A stretch of 64,000 bases of DNA from Deltaproteobacteria bacterium HGW-Deltaproteobacteria-13 (GTDB taxonomy: Bacteria; Desulfobacterota; Syntrophia; Syntrophales; Smithellaceae). The translations under genes were made by a program, and so were the position numbers. Where the stretch lies: positions 570,698 to 634,697 of the forward strand of contig PHBJ01000005.1 in assembly GCA_002840555.1 (NCBI GenBank), read 5' to 3'. The notes under the pieces were generated by a model. That model saw nothing but the letters and a program-made list of their open reading frames with translations, was not told where the DNA came from and did no database searches. Below are positions 18,280 through 27,893 of the stretch, one piece after another. The stretch's first letter is position 1; each line of letters opens with the position of its first letter.

Positions 18280-21228
18280 ATGCGTATCCTGAAAAAAATC
18301 GTAATCGGGTTGTTGATTTTTTTTGTTGTATTGGGAATTGCCGGATTTTTTATCGCGCCGCCTCTGGTCAAGCCGTTCATTATGAAAAAGATGTCCGAGA
18401 CGCTCCATAGAAAGGCATCCATTGAAAAAGTCAGTATAAATCCTTACGCGCTTTCCATAACGATCAAAGGGTTCACGCTGGAAGATCCCGGCAAACCTAA
18501 GCCTTTTGTCGCTTTTGACGAACTCTATGTCAACGCCGATTTGACGTCTTCCATCTTCCGCCGGGCGCTTATTATGAAGAAGATTACGCTGACCAAACCT
18601 TACGTGGGCATTGACCGCAAGCCCGACGGTTCTTACAATTTCTCCGACTTGCTTCCCCGCGAAGAAACCAAAGCAAAGCCTCAAGCCGGCAAGGAAGAAA
18701 AACCGTTTCATTTTTCGTTAAACAACATTCAAATTGTCAACGGCAGCATTGATTTTAAGGACGAGCCGAAAAATACCGGTCACACCGTGAGAGAATTGAA
18801 CATATCCATTCCATTTATATCCAACATCGAATATTATCTTACAAATTATGTCGAACCGAAGTTTTCCGCCAGAATCAATGACAATAAATTTGAACTTGTC
18901 GGCAAAACACAGCCCTTCCTGACCTCGCGCGCGACCAGTTTCGATATCGATATCCAGGATCTGGATATTCCTTACTACCTGAATTATGTTCCCGCTAAAA
19001 TGAACTGCAAGCTCAAATCGGCGCGGCTGGACACCAAAATGAAAATTCATTTCATTGTGAACAAGGATAAATCGCCCTCGCTCGCCCTTACCGGCGGTTT
19101 AACTGTAAGAAAAATAGCCCTCGATGATTTACAGAATAATAATATTCTGCAGCTGCCGTCTCTGAATGTGAGCATGGCCTCGGTGGAGCCTCTTGTCCCG
19201 AATATTCATCTGGCGCAAATCGCACTGGAAACACCTACGCTGGTCATTCGCCGCGACAAACAGGGTCAAATCAATCTTCTTAATCTGACAAAAAAAGAAA
19301 CCGGCAAACCCGTTAAACCCGGCAAAAAAGAGGAAGCGGCCGCTGCTCCCCAAAAGAAATCCGAGTTTAAATTCCGGGTTGATAATATTGTTCTGGATAA
19401 AGCCGATATAGCTTTTATTGATTCCCAACCTTCCCGGCCGGTGAATGTCATAGTTTCGCCGCTTAATTTCAAGGCTGTAAATATTTCCACGGAAAAAGGA
19501 ACACCCGGAAAGGTTGAACTGGATGGCATTCTGAACAAAAAAAGTGACATCAAGGCTGCGGGAACTCTTGAACTGGAACCGCTTAATGCCGAATTGCAGC
19601 TTGATTTAAAGAATATCAATATCAGGGATTTTCAGTCTTACTTCACGGATAAGATTAAAATTGACGTCACCCGCGGCTCCATTTCGACTGCGGGGAAAGT
19701 TTCCCTGACCAAAGATAAAAAGAACGAATCGGTTATTAAATACGCCGGCAATCTGTCCGTATCCAATCTGGCGACTCTGGACAAGGCGCAGTCCAATGAT
19801 TTTCTGAAATGGAAGAAGCTGTCTTTTGATCAGCTTAAATTCGGTTATAATCCTCTTTTTGTGCATATCAATTCGATCTCTTTGACTGATTTTTACGCGC
19901 GGATTATCATCAATCCCGATTCGACTATCAATATTCAGAATATATTAAACAATAACGAAGCGAAGGAGACAGCGCTAAAACCGGAAGAAAAGAAACCCGA
20001 TAAAGAAAAAGTTAAGGCAAAGACAAAAGAGGAACCGGCTGATATTAAAATCGGCAAGGTCATATTCAAAGGCGGCAATATTGATTTCAGCGACAAGAAC
20101 ATCAAGCCGAACTATTCGGCGAATATGCTTAATATGAATGGAAGCGTCACCGGTCTTTCCTCGAAAGAATTTTCCCGCGCCGATGTCGGACTTAAAGGCA
20201 ATCTGGGCTATGGATCCCCCATCGATATCACAGGCAAAATCAATCCGCTGGCCAAAGACCTGTTCGCCGACATTAAAGTCAGTTTTCAGAATATCGAGTT
20301 GAGTCCCGTCACGCCTTACACGAACAAGTATCTCGGATACCCCATCATCAAAGGCAAACTGAGTTTTAATGTCTCCTATCTCATTGACAAAAGAAAACTC
20401 GATTCCCAGAACAAAGTTGTCATTGACCAGCTGACCTTCGGTGATAAAGTGGAAAGTCCCAATGCCGTCAAAGCGCCGGTAACCCTGGCTGTCTCGCTTT
20501 TAACCGACCGCAACGGACAAATCAATCTGGATATTCCGGTCTCGGGAAGCCTGGATGATCCGAAATTCAGAATATGGCCGATCATCTGGCAGGTCATCGT
20601 TAATCTCATTACCAAAGCGGTTACCGCGCCCTTTGCCCTCCTTTCATCCCTGACAGGCGGCGGTGAAGAGCTGAGTTTCATTGAGTTTGATTACGGAAGC
20701 GCCTCCGTTACGGATGAGGGACAGAAAAAAATAAACATGATCGGCAAAGCCTTGAATGATCGTCCCAACATCAAACTGGATATTGAAGGATACGTTGACA
20801 CAGAAAGAGACAAATCCGATCTAAAGAAGGTAGAACTCCAACGCCGTATCAAAGCTCAGAAAGTCAGGGAAACCTCGACCAAGGATGAACAGCAGACAGC
20901 CGTCGATAATGTAGTGCTTACAACGCAGGAATATGATAAGTACCTGAAGCAGGTTTATAAGGCAGCGAAATTTACCAAGCCGCGTAATTTTCTGGGCATT
21001 CAGAAAGACATTCCGTCCGCTGAAATGGAGAAACTCATGCTGGCAAATATTGAAGTGACGGACGGCGATCTGCGCCAGCTTGCCGCCAGACGCGCTGGAA
21101 ACGTCAAAGAACTGCTGTTGAAATCCGGCATAACCGCGGATAGAATATTTATTGTGGAAACAAAAACTCTTGTTCCCGAGAAAAAAGAAAAAGTAAAAGA
21201 CAGCCGTGTGAATTTTAAACTTAAATAA
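18280..21228 (+). CDS. DUF748/AsmA-like giant envelope protein with OmpA-like C-terminal segment
   Basis: 982 aa with an N-terminal TM anchor and a long beta-rich repetitive body with a Lys/Glu linker. The C-terminal IEFDYGSASVTDEGQKKINMIGKALNDRPNIKLDIEGYVD resembles an OmpA-type domain. Strong AAGGAGG RBS. Confidence 0.65.
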   Translation: MRILKKIVIGLLIFFVVLGIAGFFIAPPLVKPFIMKKMSETLHRKASIEKVSINPYALSITIKGFTLEDPGKPKPFVAFDELYVNADLTSSIFRRALIMKKITLTKPYVGIDRKPDGSYNFSDLLPREETKAKPQAGKEEKPFHFSLNNIQIVNGSIDFKDEPKNTGHTVRELNISIPFISNIEYYLTNYVEPKFSARINDNKFELVGKTQPFLTSRATSFDIDIQDLDIPYYLNYVPAKMNCKLKSARLDTKMKIHFIVNKDKSPSLALTGGLTVRKIALDDLQNNNILQLPSLNVSMASVEPLVPNIHLAQIALETPTLVIRRDKQGQINLLNLTKKETGKPVKPGKKEEAAAAPQKKSEFKFRVDNIVLDKADIAFIDSQPSRPVNVIVSPLNFKAVNISTEKGTPGKVELDGILNKKSDIKAAGTLELEPLNAELQLDLKNINIRDFQSYFTDKIKIDVTRGSISTAGKVSLTKDKKNESVIKYAGNLSVSNLATLDKAQSNDFLKWKKLSFDQLKFGYNPLFVHINSISLTDFYARIIINPDSTINIQNILNNNEAKETALKPEEKKPDKEKVKAKTKEEPADIKIGKVIFKGGNIDFSDKNIKPNYSANMLNMNGSVTGLSSKEFSRADVGLKGNLGYGSPIDITGKINPLAKDLFADIKVSFQNIELSPVTPYTNKYLGYPIIKGKLSFNVSYLIDKRKLDSQNKVVIDQLTFGDKVESPNAVKAPVTLAVSLLTDRNGQINLDIPVSGSLDDPKFRIWPIIWQVIVNLITKAVTAPFALLSSLTGGGEELSFIEFDYGSASVTDEGQKKINMIGKALNDRPNIKLDIEGYVDTERDKSDLKKVELQRRIKAQKVRETSTKDEQQTAVDNVVLTTQEYDKYLKQVYKAAKFTKPRNFLGIQKDIPSAEMEKLMLANIEVTDGDLRQLAARRAGNVKELLLKSGITADRIFIVETKTLVPEKKEKVKDSRVNFKLK

Positions 21229-21288
21229 ATAATTTATGAATTGAGTTCCGATATTTTAAAGTAAACTTAGAGCAGGAAAGAGATTTTT

Positions 21289-22320
21289 ATGGAAATGGGT
21301 ATCCTGGGGCTTCCCCAAAGCGGAAAAAGCACATTATTCGAAATCGTGACCGGCGTGAAAAGCAGCCAGTTGCACAACGAAACGGTCGTGCGCGGTCAGG
21401 CTTCGGTGCCTGATGCGCGTTTCGATAAACTTGTCGAAATATACAAACCGGTAAAAGTTTCACCTGCCAAAGTCCCTTTCGTGGATGTCCACGCCGTGGG
21501 CGAGCACCCCTGGGAGGCCATCCGGCAGAACTTGAGCGGAACAGACGGCATGCTGCACGTTGTTGACGGCTTTTCCCTGCCCGATGTTCCATTAAGCATT
21601 GAAGCCTACCGCAAGCTGGAAGATGAGTTGATTCTTTCCGATTTATTAATCATTGAAAAAAAACTGGAACGCCTGGCCAAGATGTCCAAAAAAGCGATTA
21701 CACCGCAGGAGACCGCGCAAAATGATCTTCTGCCCCGCTTAAAAGAATGCCTGGAAGCCGGCAAACCTCTGCGCACGGCAGGGCTTGCGCCCGCGGAAGT
21801 ATTTACGCTACGGAGCTTCTCTTTCTGGACGATCAAGCCGGAACTGGTTGTGGTCAATGTGGCCGAAGACAATCTTTCATTTGCCGACGCGTTTGCCCAG
21901 GAGGCAAAACTGGAAGAACCGGTCATGGGAATCTGCTGTAAAATTGAAGCTGAATTAACCGGACTGGAACCGGAAGAAAAAAAAGAATTTCTGGATTCCA
22001 TGGGAATTGCCGAACCGGCTTTCGGCCGGATTATCCGCGCGGCATTTTCTCTTTTGGGACGCATGTCTTTCTTTACTGTCGGCGAAGATGAAGTCAAAGC
22101 ATGGGTTATTCCTCTTCAGACCAAAGCGCCTAAAGCCGCAGGCGCCATTCATAATGACTTTGAGCGTGGTTTTATCAAGGCGGAAGTTATGCACTACGAT
22201 GATTTTATCGCCCACAGCTGCTCCACCGCGCAGGTAAAATCGGCCGGTCGCCTGCGCCTGGAAGGAAAGGAATATATCGTGCAGGACGGAGATATCATAA
22301 CTTTCCGTTTCAATGTCTGA
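21289..22320 (+). CDS. ychF: Ribosome-binding ATPase/GTPase YchF family
   Basis: G1 motif GLPQSGKST. The C-terminal TGS-like end DFERGFIKAEV...GKEYIVQDGDIITFRFNV. Confidence 0.88.
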   Translation: MEMGILGLPQSGKSTLFEIVTGVKSSQLHNETVVRGQASVPDARFDKLVEIYKPVKVSPAKVPFVDVHAVGEHPWEAIRQNLSGTDGMLHVVDGFSLPDVPLSIEAYRKLEDELILSDLLIIEKKLERLAKMSKKAITPQETAQNDLLPRLKECLEAGKPLRTAGLAPAEVFTLRSFSFWTIKPELVVVNVAEDNLSFADAFAQEAKLEEPVMGICCKIEAELTGLEPEEKKEFLDSMGIAEPAFGRIIRAAFSLLGRMSFFTVGEDEVKAWVIPLQTKAPKAAGAIHNDFERGFIKAEVMHYDDFIAHSCSTAQVKSAGRLRLEGKEYIVQDGDIITFRFNV

Positions 22321-22471
22321 TACCGATTTAAAAAAATCATATAATATCAGCGCTTACAAAAAATTCATTGACAAACAGCCTATAACTCAGTTTACTCTCT
22401 GCCCTAAAGTAATGCTCTGAATTGGCAGGTATAATTATTTTCTACTGAAAACATTTTGTTTTGGAGGAAAC

Positions 22472-24022
22472 ATGAGACTTCCCGCAAAGATTATTGCTGT
22501 TTTAATTATTTTAACAGGCATTGCGACGCTAATGGCCTGCGGTAAAGACACCCCGCCAACACCCGGCACTTTCACTGTAACTTTCGACAGTCAGTTTAAT
22601 AATACCCAAAGCACAACGACCATGCCGAACCCAACATACAAAACAGTAACCTCTCCGGCAACTACCATTGACAAATTACCGGACCCGCCAGCCATGTCCG
22701 GATATACATTTGGCGGATGGTACACGGGGAAAAACGGCTCCGGTATTAATTTTACCGCCAGCACACAATTTTCGTCGGATCTGATAGTTTATGCCTATTG
22801 GTATAAATACAAGGTAACTTTTAACACCGAAAGCTCAACGGCGTATGCCACCATAGGGGTAACACCCCCCGCAACCACTACAGACGCATTGCCGCCGGCG
22901 CCGTCCAAGACGGGTAATACGTTTGCCGGCTGGTGGACAGGGGAAAACGGCGGAGGGACGCAGTTTTTTGCCAGCACACCAGTTTCTGCAAATATTACCG
23001 TTTATGCCAAATGGATTCCGAATGCGAGCACTGTATATACAGTAACATATGATAGCAACGGAGGAACCGCTGTCGGAGCGCAATACGTTATCTCCGGAAA
23101 CACAGTGGGTGCTCTGCCAACACCGGATCCCACAAGATTGTTTTACACCTTTGTAAACTGGAACACACAACAGGATGGCAACGGGGATACCTTTACGGCA
23201 GGCACAAATATCGTGGCAAATATTACCGTTTACGCCCAATGGAGTTCGAAACCCGGATATACAGTAACCTATAATAGCGGGTGGGGAACCTCCGTAGAAC
23301 CACAATATGTTATCCTGCCCGCAACTCATGTTGACACATTACCACCGGATCCTGAAAAACAATGCTATAATTTTGGCGGCTGGTGGACAGAAAAAAGGGG
23401 GGGTGGCACTAATTTTACAGCCAGCACTCCGGTTACGGCGGATATTACAGTTTATGCCAACTGGACATGGGCGGCATACACACCGCCGCTAACTTATGCA
23501 ATAGGTGATCCCGGTCCGAGTTGCGTGGGCAAGGTATTCTACGTAACAGCCGATCGTATGCATGGATTAGAAGCGGCGCCTCCGGGTTGGAATGATCCTT
23601 ATGCCGAGGATGCGGATGCTGCGTCAGCATGGATAAACGGAGTTGTTGTATCGAACGAATATGGCGACTCTCAACCAATTCAATCAACTTTAAATGGAAA
23701 TACTTCAACGGCAATAGGAACAGGATTGGCAAACAGTAATGCGATCCGAGCGCAAACCGGGAACACGGGAAGCGCGGCACAGTTATGTGAAGATTATCAT
23801 GGAGGCGATCTGACCGGCTGGTTTCTACCTTCAAAAGATGAACTGGCTCAGTTATATGCAAATAAGGATAAAAAGAGGTGGGGCGGGTTCCAGGAGAACT
23901 TCTATTGGAGTTCGTCTGAAAACAATTTAGAGGATGCCTGGTCCCAGAACTTCGCCAACGGCTCCCAGCCCAGCACTCTAAAGGGCTATTTACGGATGGT
24001 TCGCCCTGTCCGTGCCTTTTAA
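22472..24022 (+). CDS. Lipoprotein with four InlB-B/Listeria-Bacteroides-type repeats and a C-terminal DUF1566 (Lcl-like) domain
   Basis: Lipobox LMAC. Four modules of about 75 aa ending in GYTFGGWYT...ITVYA.W. The C-terminus GWFLPSKDELAQLY...YWSSSE...AW...F.NG...VRPVRAF is typical of DUF1566. Confidence 0.75.
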   Translation: MRLPAKIIAVLIILTGIATLMACGKDTPPTPGTFTVTFDSQFNNTQSTTTMPNPTYKTVTSPATTIDKLPDPPAMSGYTFGGWYTGKNGSGINFTASTQFSSDLIVYAYWYKYKVTFNTESSTAYATIGVTPPATTTDALPPAPSKTGNTFAGWWTGENGGGTQFFASTPVSANITVYAKWIPNASTVYTVTYDSNGGTAVGAQYVISGNTVGALPTPDPTRLFYTFVNWNTQQDGNGDTFTAGTNIVANITVYAQWSSKPGYTVTYNSGWGTSVEPQYVILPATHVDTLPPDPEKQCYNFGGWWTEKRGGGTNFTASTPVTADITVYANWTWAAYTPPLTYAIGDPGPSCVGKVFYVTADRMHGLEAAPPGWNDPYAEDADAASAWINGVVVSNEYGDSQPIQSTLNGNTSTAIGTGLANSNAIRAQTGNTGSAAQLCEDYHGGDLTGWFLPSKDELAQLYANKDKKRWGGFQENFYWSSSENNLEDAWSQNFANGSQPSTLKGYLRMVRPVRAF

Positions 24023-24049
24023 AGTTGTTTGTTGCATATCGTTTTAAAA

Positions 24050-24084
24050 CGTTAAAGGGGGCCGGTAACCCCCTTTAACGTTTT
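24050..24084 (+). terminator. Strong intrinsic terminator
   Basis: Perfect 12-bp stem CGTTAAAGGGGG / CCCCCTTTAACG with a 7-nt loop, followed by TTTT. Confidence 0.8.
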
Positions 24085-24295
24085 AACGGATACAGAACCT
24101 GCTTTGCATAGACGTCACCAGAACCACACCGCGACCTTTCTTTAAATAAAGATTTAACGGCATTTATATTATTATTTCTAAAATTTTCAGGATATTAAAC
24201 CCATGATGTTTTCAATATTTCTGTTGCAATTCCGGCGGCATTTTACATATATTTGTTCTCCATTTTAACACGGTAAGGGATAAGGCAATAAGATC

Positions 24296-26578
24296 ATGCC
24301 CCCAAGATTAAAAAAAATAATATTTGTATTTTTTTTTCTATCCGGATTTTGCGGCCTGCTGTATCAGGTCGTCTGGCTGAGAATGGCTTATGCCTCTTTT
24401 GGAATTATCACACCTGTATTATCGGTGATTATTTCCGTTTTCATGCTGGGGCTTGCTCTGGGCTCATTTTTCGGCGGCAGACTCATTACCCATCTTACGC
24501 ATCGCTATAAGACATCGCCTGTTATATTTTATGCTTTAACCGAATTTTTTATCGGTTTAGGCGCTTTCGTCATTCCCGGACTTTTTTCGCTGGGAGAACG
24601 TTTACTCCTTTTTGCCGGAGACATGAATTCTATTTCATACCTCCTTTTCTCGGATGTCATCATAGCCATTTCCGTACTGCCCTGGTGCATTCTGATGGGC
24701 TTCACCTACCCTTTCATGATGTCTTTCGTCAAGAGCCGGGATAAGGAAAGCACCTCCGGCTTCAGCTATCTTTATTTTGCTAATGTTATCGGCTCCGTGT
24801 GCGGCACACTGCTGACAGCCCTGGTTTTAATCGAACTGGCCGGTTTTTATAATTCATTATTGATTGCCGCATCTCTTAATTTTTCGATTTTTGCTGCCGG
24901 TATCGTCGTGAACAAATGCTACCCTTATCAAAACAACATCACAGAAAACGCAAAAGCAGCGAATAATCAATTTTTCGCTCCCGGAAACACGGCAACAGAG
25001 CATCCCGCTTTAATATATTTGCTGCTTGCGCTCACGGGATTTATCTCCATGGCCATGGAAGTAGTATGGATCAGGGCTTTTACGCCCGTCATGCTGACAA
25101 CGATATACTCTTTCGCCGCGATTCTGACGGTTTATCTTTTTGCCACGTGGGCAGGATCATTTCTATACCGCAGACAGCTCCACCGAAAAAGTGTTTTATC
25201 GACCGGAGATCTTTTGGCCTGCCTTGCTGTTTTCTCCTTTCTGCCCATCGTCATGAATGACCCCAGACTGGTCATCAGTATTCCCGCCGTCCTTTTAAGT
25301 ATATTTCCCTTTTGCGCCGCTTTAGGTTATCTTACGCCGAAACTCATTGATGAGTATTCTTTGGGCAGACCTGATGAAGCGGGCAAGGCATACGCCATTA
25401 ACATTGCCGGATGCGTCATCGGTCCTCTTTTTGCCTCCTATATTTTATTGCCCAAATACGGTGTAAAATTTTCACTGATCCTATTAGGCATCCCTTTTCT
25501 TTTATTATTGGCAACGTATCATAAGGGATTTTTATTTAAGAAAAAACGGCTGATGATCATGACGGCTTTGGCTCTCTGCATGATTTTAATATCAACATTC
25601 ATCAATATCAGCTACGAAGAGGTTTATGTCTTGCCGGAAGATGGCAGCGGCTCCAGAGAATTTTACGTACTGCAAAAAGACAGCGTCGTGCGCCGGGATC
25701 ACACCGCGACCGTTATTTCCACAGGACAGGGAATGCAGAAAATGCTTTTAGTTAACGGGATCGGGATATCGAGCCTGAGACCCATCACCAAAATGATGGC
25801 TCATCTGCCTCTCGCTTTTTGCCAGGACATGCCCCAATCCGTGTTGGTTATTTGCCTGGGCATGGGCACCACATACCGGTCCGCGCTAAGCTGGAATATT
25901 AAAGCGACGGCGGTAGAACTCGTGCCCAGTGTTAGAGACGCCATGGGATATTATTTCACTGATGCGGAAGCTATCATGAAAAATCCCCGCGGGAAAATTA
26001 TTATTGATGACGGCAGACGCTTTCTGAACAGAACGAATGAAACTTTTGACATAATCACGATAGACCCGCCTCCGCCTCTGGAAGCCGCGGGGTCAAGTCT
26101 CTTATATTCGGAGGAATTCTACCGCTTGATTAGAAAGCATCTTAAACCCAAAGGGATTCTTCAGCAATGGTTTCCATGCGGCGAGCTCAAAATTGCTCAG
26201 GCGGCGGCAAGAGCCTTATCCAATTCCTTCCCGTATATCAAAGTTTATAAATCCGTAGAGGGTTGGGGTTTTCATTTCCTTGCCTCCGCAAGCCCGATAG
26301 AGGCTCCATCGGTCCGGACAATGATCTCCAGAATACCTGATGCCGCCAGAAAAGATATTACAGAATGGTATGAAGTTGATAACGATAATTCCTTTGAGGG
26401 ATTTATCCGGTTTGTTTTAGCAAGCGAGATCCCGGTGACCACATTACTAAACAACGACAAACGAATAACCATTACCGATGACAGGCCTTACAATGAATAC
26501 TTTTTCCTGCGCCGGAAGCTGGATAATTTCCGGGGAACATACCGAAATGTATCCTGTGAGCCTTCATTAAATGATTAA
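24296..26578 (+). CDS. Polytopic membrane protein fused to a spermidine-synthase-like (class I SAM-fold) domain
   Basis: 760 aa. About 450 aa of TM helices, then VLVICLGMGTT (GxGxG) and DIITIDPPPP, typical of PABS/spermidine-synthase-like domains. Confidence 0.7.
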   Translation: MPPRLKKIIFVFFFLSGFCGLLYQVVWLRMAYASFGIITPVLSVIISVFMLGLALGSFFGGRLITHLTHRYKTSPVIFYALTEFFIGLGAFVIPGLFSLGERLLLFAGDMNSISYLLFSDVIIAISVLPWCILMGFTYPFMMSFVKSRDKESTSGFSYLYFANVIGSVCGTLLTALVLIELAGFYNSLLIAASLNFSIFAAGIVVNKCYPYQNNITENAKAANNQFFAPGNTATEHPALIYLLLALTGFISMAMEVVWIRAFTPVMLTTIYSFAAILTVYLFATWAGSFLYRRQLHRKSVLSTGDLLACLAVFSFLPIVMNDPRLVISIPAVLLSIFPFCAALGYLTPKLIDEYSLGRPDEAGKAYAINIAGCVIGPLFASYILLPKYGVKFSLILLGIPFLLLLATYHKGFLFKKKRLMIMTALALCMILISTFINISYEEVYVLPEDGSGSREFYVLQKDSVVRRDHTATVISTGQGMQKMLLVNGIGISSLRPITKMMAHLPLAFCQDMPQSVLVICLGMGTTYRSALSWNIKATAVELVPSVRDAMGYYFTDAEAIMKNPRGKIIIDDGRRFLNRTNETFDIITIDPPPPLEAAGSSLLYSEEFYRLIRKHLKPKGILQQWFPCGELKIAQAAARALSNSFPYIKVYKSVEGWGFHFLASASPIEAPSVRTMISRIPDAARKDITEWYEVDNDNSFEGFIRFVLASEIPVTTLLNNDKRITITDDRPYNEYFFLRRKLDNFRGTYRNVSCEPSLND

Positions 26579-26659
26579 AGGATTCAAGACTTAATAGAGA
26601 TAACCATCCTACTGGCCAAACAAAGAAAAATATATGGTTCAATTTAATACGGATTGATT

Positions 26660-27748
26660 ATGAAGAAAATATTACTCCACAGCCTGATAATAATTGTTTT
26701 GCTGACAGCGGTTTTCATTTTGCCGTTATATTATCCCAAGGGACCGGCTATTTATTTCCGGCTGTTCTTACTTATTGTGATTCTTATCGAAACCATGAAG
26801 CTATTCAAGATAGTATTCATCGATAGAAGAATCAACAAAATAATATCCAATGCCGGAACGGTTTTATTTTCTATTTTTGTAATTTTCATATTACTGGAAG
26901 CAATATTCATGTTTATTCCCCGGTCGCATTCCGCTGATTTCACGCTGGCTTCCAAATTATGGTATGCGAAATACTGGAAGCCGATCAACTCCCTGGGTTT
27001 TCGGGATTATGAACCAACCGGCGATCATCATGTTATTTTATTCGTAGGCGATTCATTTACAGCGGGTCACGGATTAAAATCCATCGAGGACAGGTTTTCC
27101 AACATCATCGGAAGGGAAGCGAATCAAAAAGGAAAGAAATATACGGCGATAAATATAGGGAAGCCCAATCTGGATACAAGGGGCGAATACGATGTCATGA
27201 AACAATTTTTTTATGAGACCAGAATTAAACCTGAAAAAATTATATTGCAGTATGGTGGAAATGATATTGAAGGCGCTTCAGCGGATTTCGGAATAAAATT
27301 TGACGGGTTTAAACCTCCCGCGAATATGAACAAGTTTCTAATCTTAGTCGGCTCGGGTTCTTATTTTCTTAATTATATCTACTGGCAATTTCCCAGAGAA
27401 TATCTGGGGATGCCGTATATGACTTTTTTATCTCAGGCTTATAAAAATGACCGCATCCTTTCAAAACATAAAGAGGATCTTCAATTGTTCATGGATTATG
27501 CGAAGGAAAACTCTATACAACTCATTGTCGTGGTCTTTCCTTTTTTAGCCGACGTTGAAATGAGTGATTCGATGTACGTCAATGATATTGTCGATTTCTT
27601 CAAAGCAAATAAAGTAAGTGTTATCAATGTTTCTCAATTAGTCAAGGATATCCCCGTATCCGAGAGAATCATAAATAAAAATGATGGACATCCTTCAAAA
27701 AGAGTTAACAGACTGGTCGCACAGGAAATCTTAAACAAGTTAGAATAA
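26660..27748 (+). CDS. Membrane-anchored SGNH/GDSL hydrolase
   Basis: Three N-terminal TM helices. Block I VILFVGDSFTAGHG and block V NDGHPS. ATG 26660 is preferred over the TTG at 26654. Confidence 0.7.
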   Translation: MKKILLHSLIIIVLLTAVFILPLYYPKGPAIYFRLFLLIVILIETMKLFKIVFIDRRINKIISNAGTVLFSIFVIFILLEAIFMFIPRSHSADFTLASKLWYAKYWKPINSLGFRDYEPTGDHHVILFVGDSFTAGHGLKSIEDRFSNIIGREANQKGKKYTAINIGKPNLDTRGEYDVMKQFFYETRIKPEKIILQYGGNDIEGASADFGIKFDGFKPPANMNKFLILVGSGSYFLNYIYWQFPREYLGMPYMTFLSQAYKNDRILSKHKEDLQLFMDYAKENSIQLIVVVFPFLADVEMSDSMYVNDIVDFFKANKVSVINVSQLVKDIPVSERIINKNDGHPSKRVNRLVAQEILNKLE

Positions 27749-27831
27749 GAGATTGATCAATCGGAATACTGAACCGTCAATATTGGGATAAACAAGTTGA
27801 AATTGATGACGAGTTGTGCAAATGTTTTTTA

Positions 27832-27847
27832 CCTTGAGATAAAAAAC
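27832..27847 (+). promoter_or_regulatory. Conserved upstream motif CCTTGAGATAAAAAAC (copy 1)
   Basis: A 15/16 match to 32992-33007, located about 45 nt upstream of the GT2 start. Confidence 0.4.
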
Positions 27848-27893
27848 AACATAAATTGCGTTTTTTCATCAATTTGCAGCCTAGGCCGTTGAT

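Noticed and set aside
22472-24295. Possible diversity-generating retroelement target, because DUF1566 / C-type-lectin-like C-termini of lipoproteins are classic DGR variable regions.
   Set aside because: No reverse transcriptase gene, no accessory variability determinant and no template-repeat copy of the 3' end of the gene are visible in the downstream spacer or anywhere else in the window.
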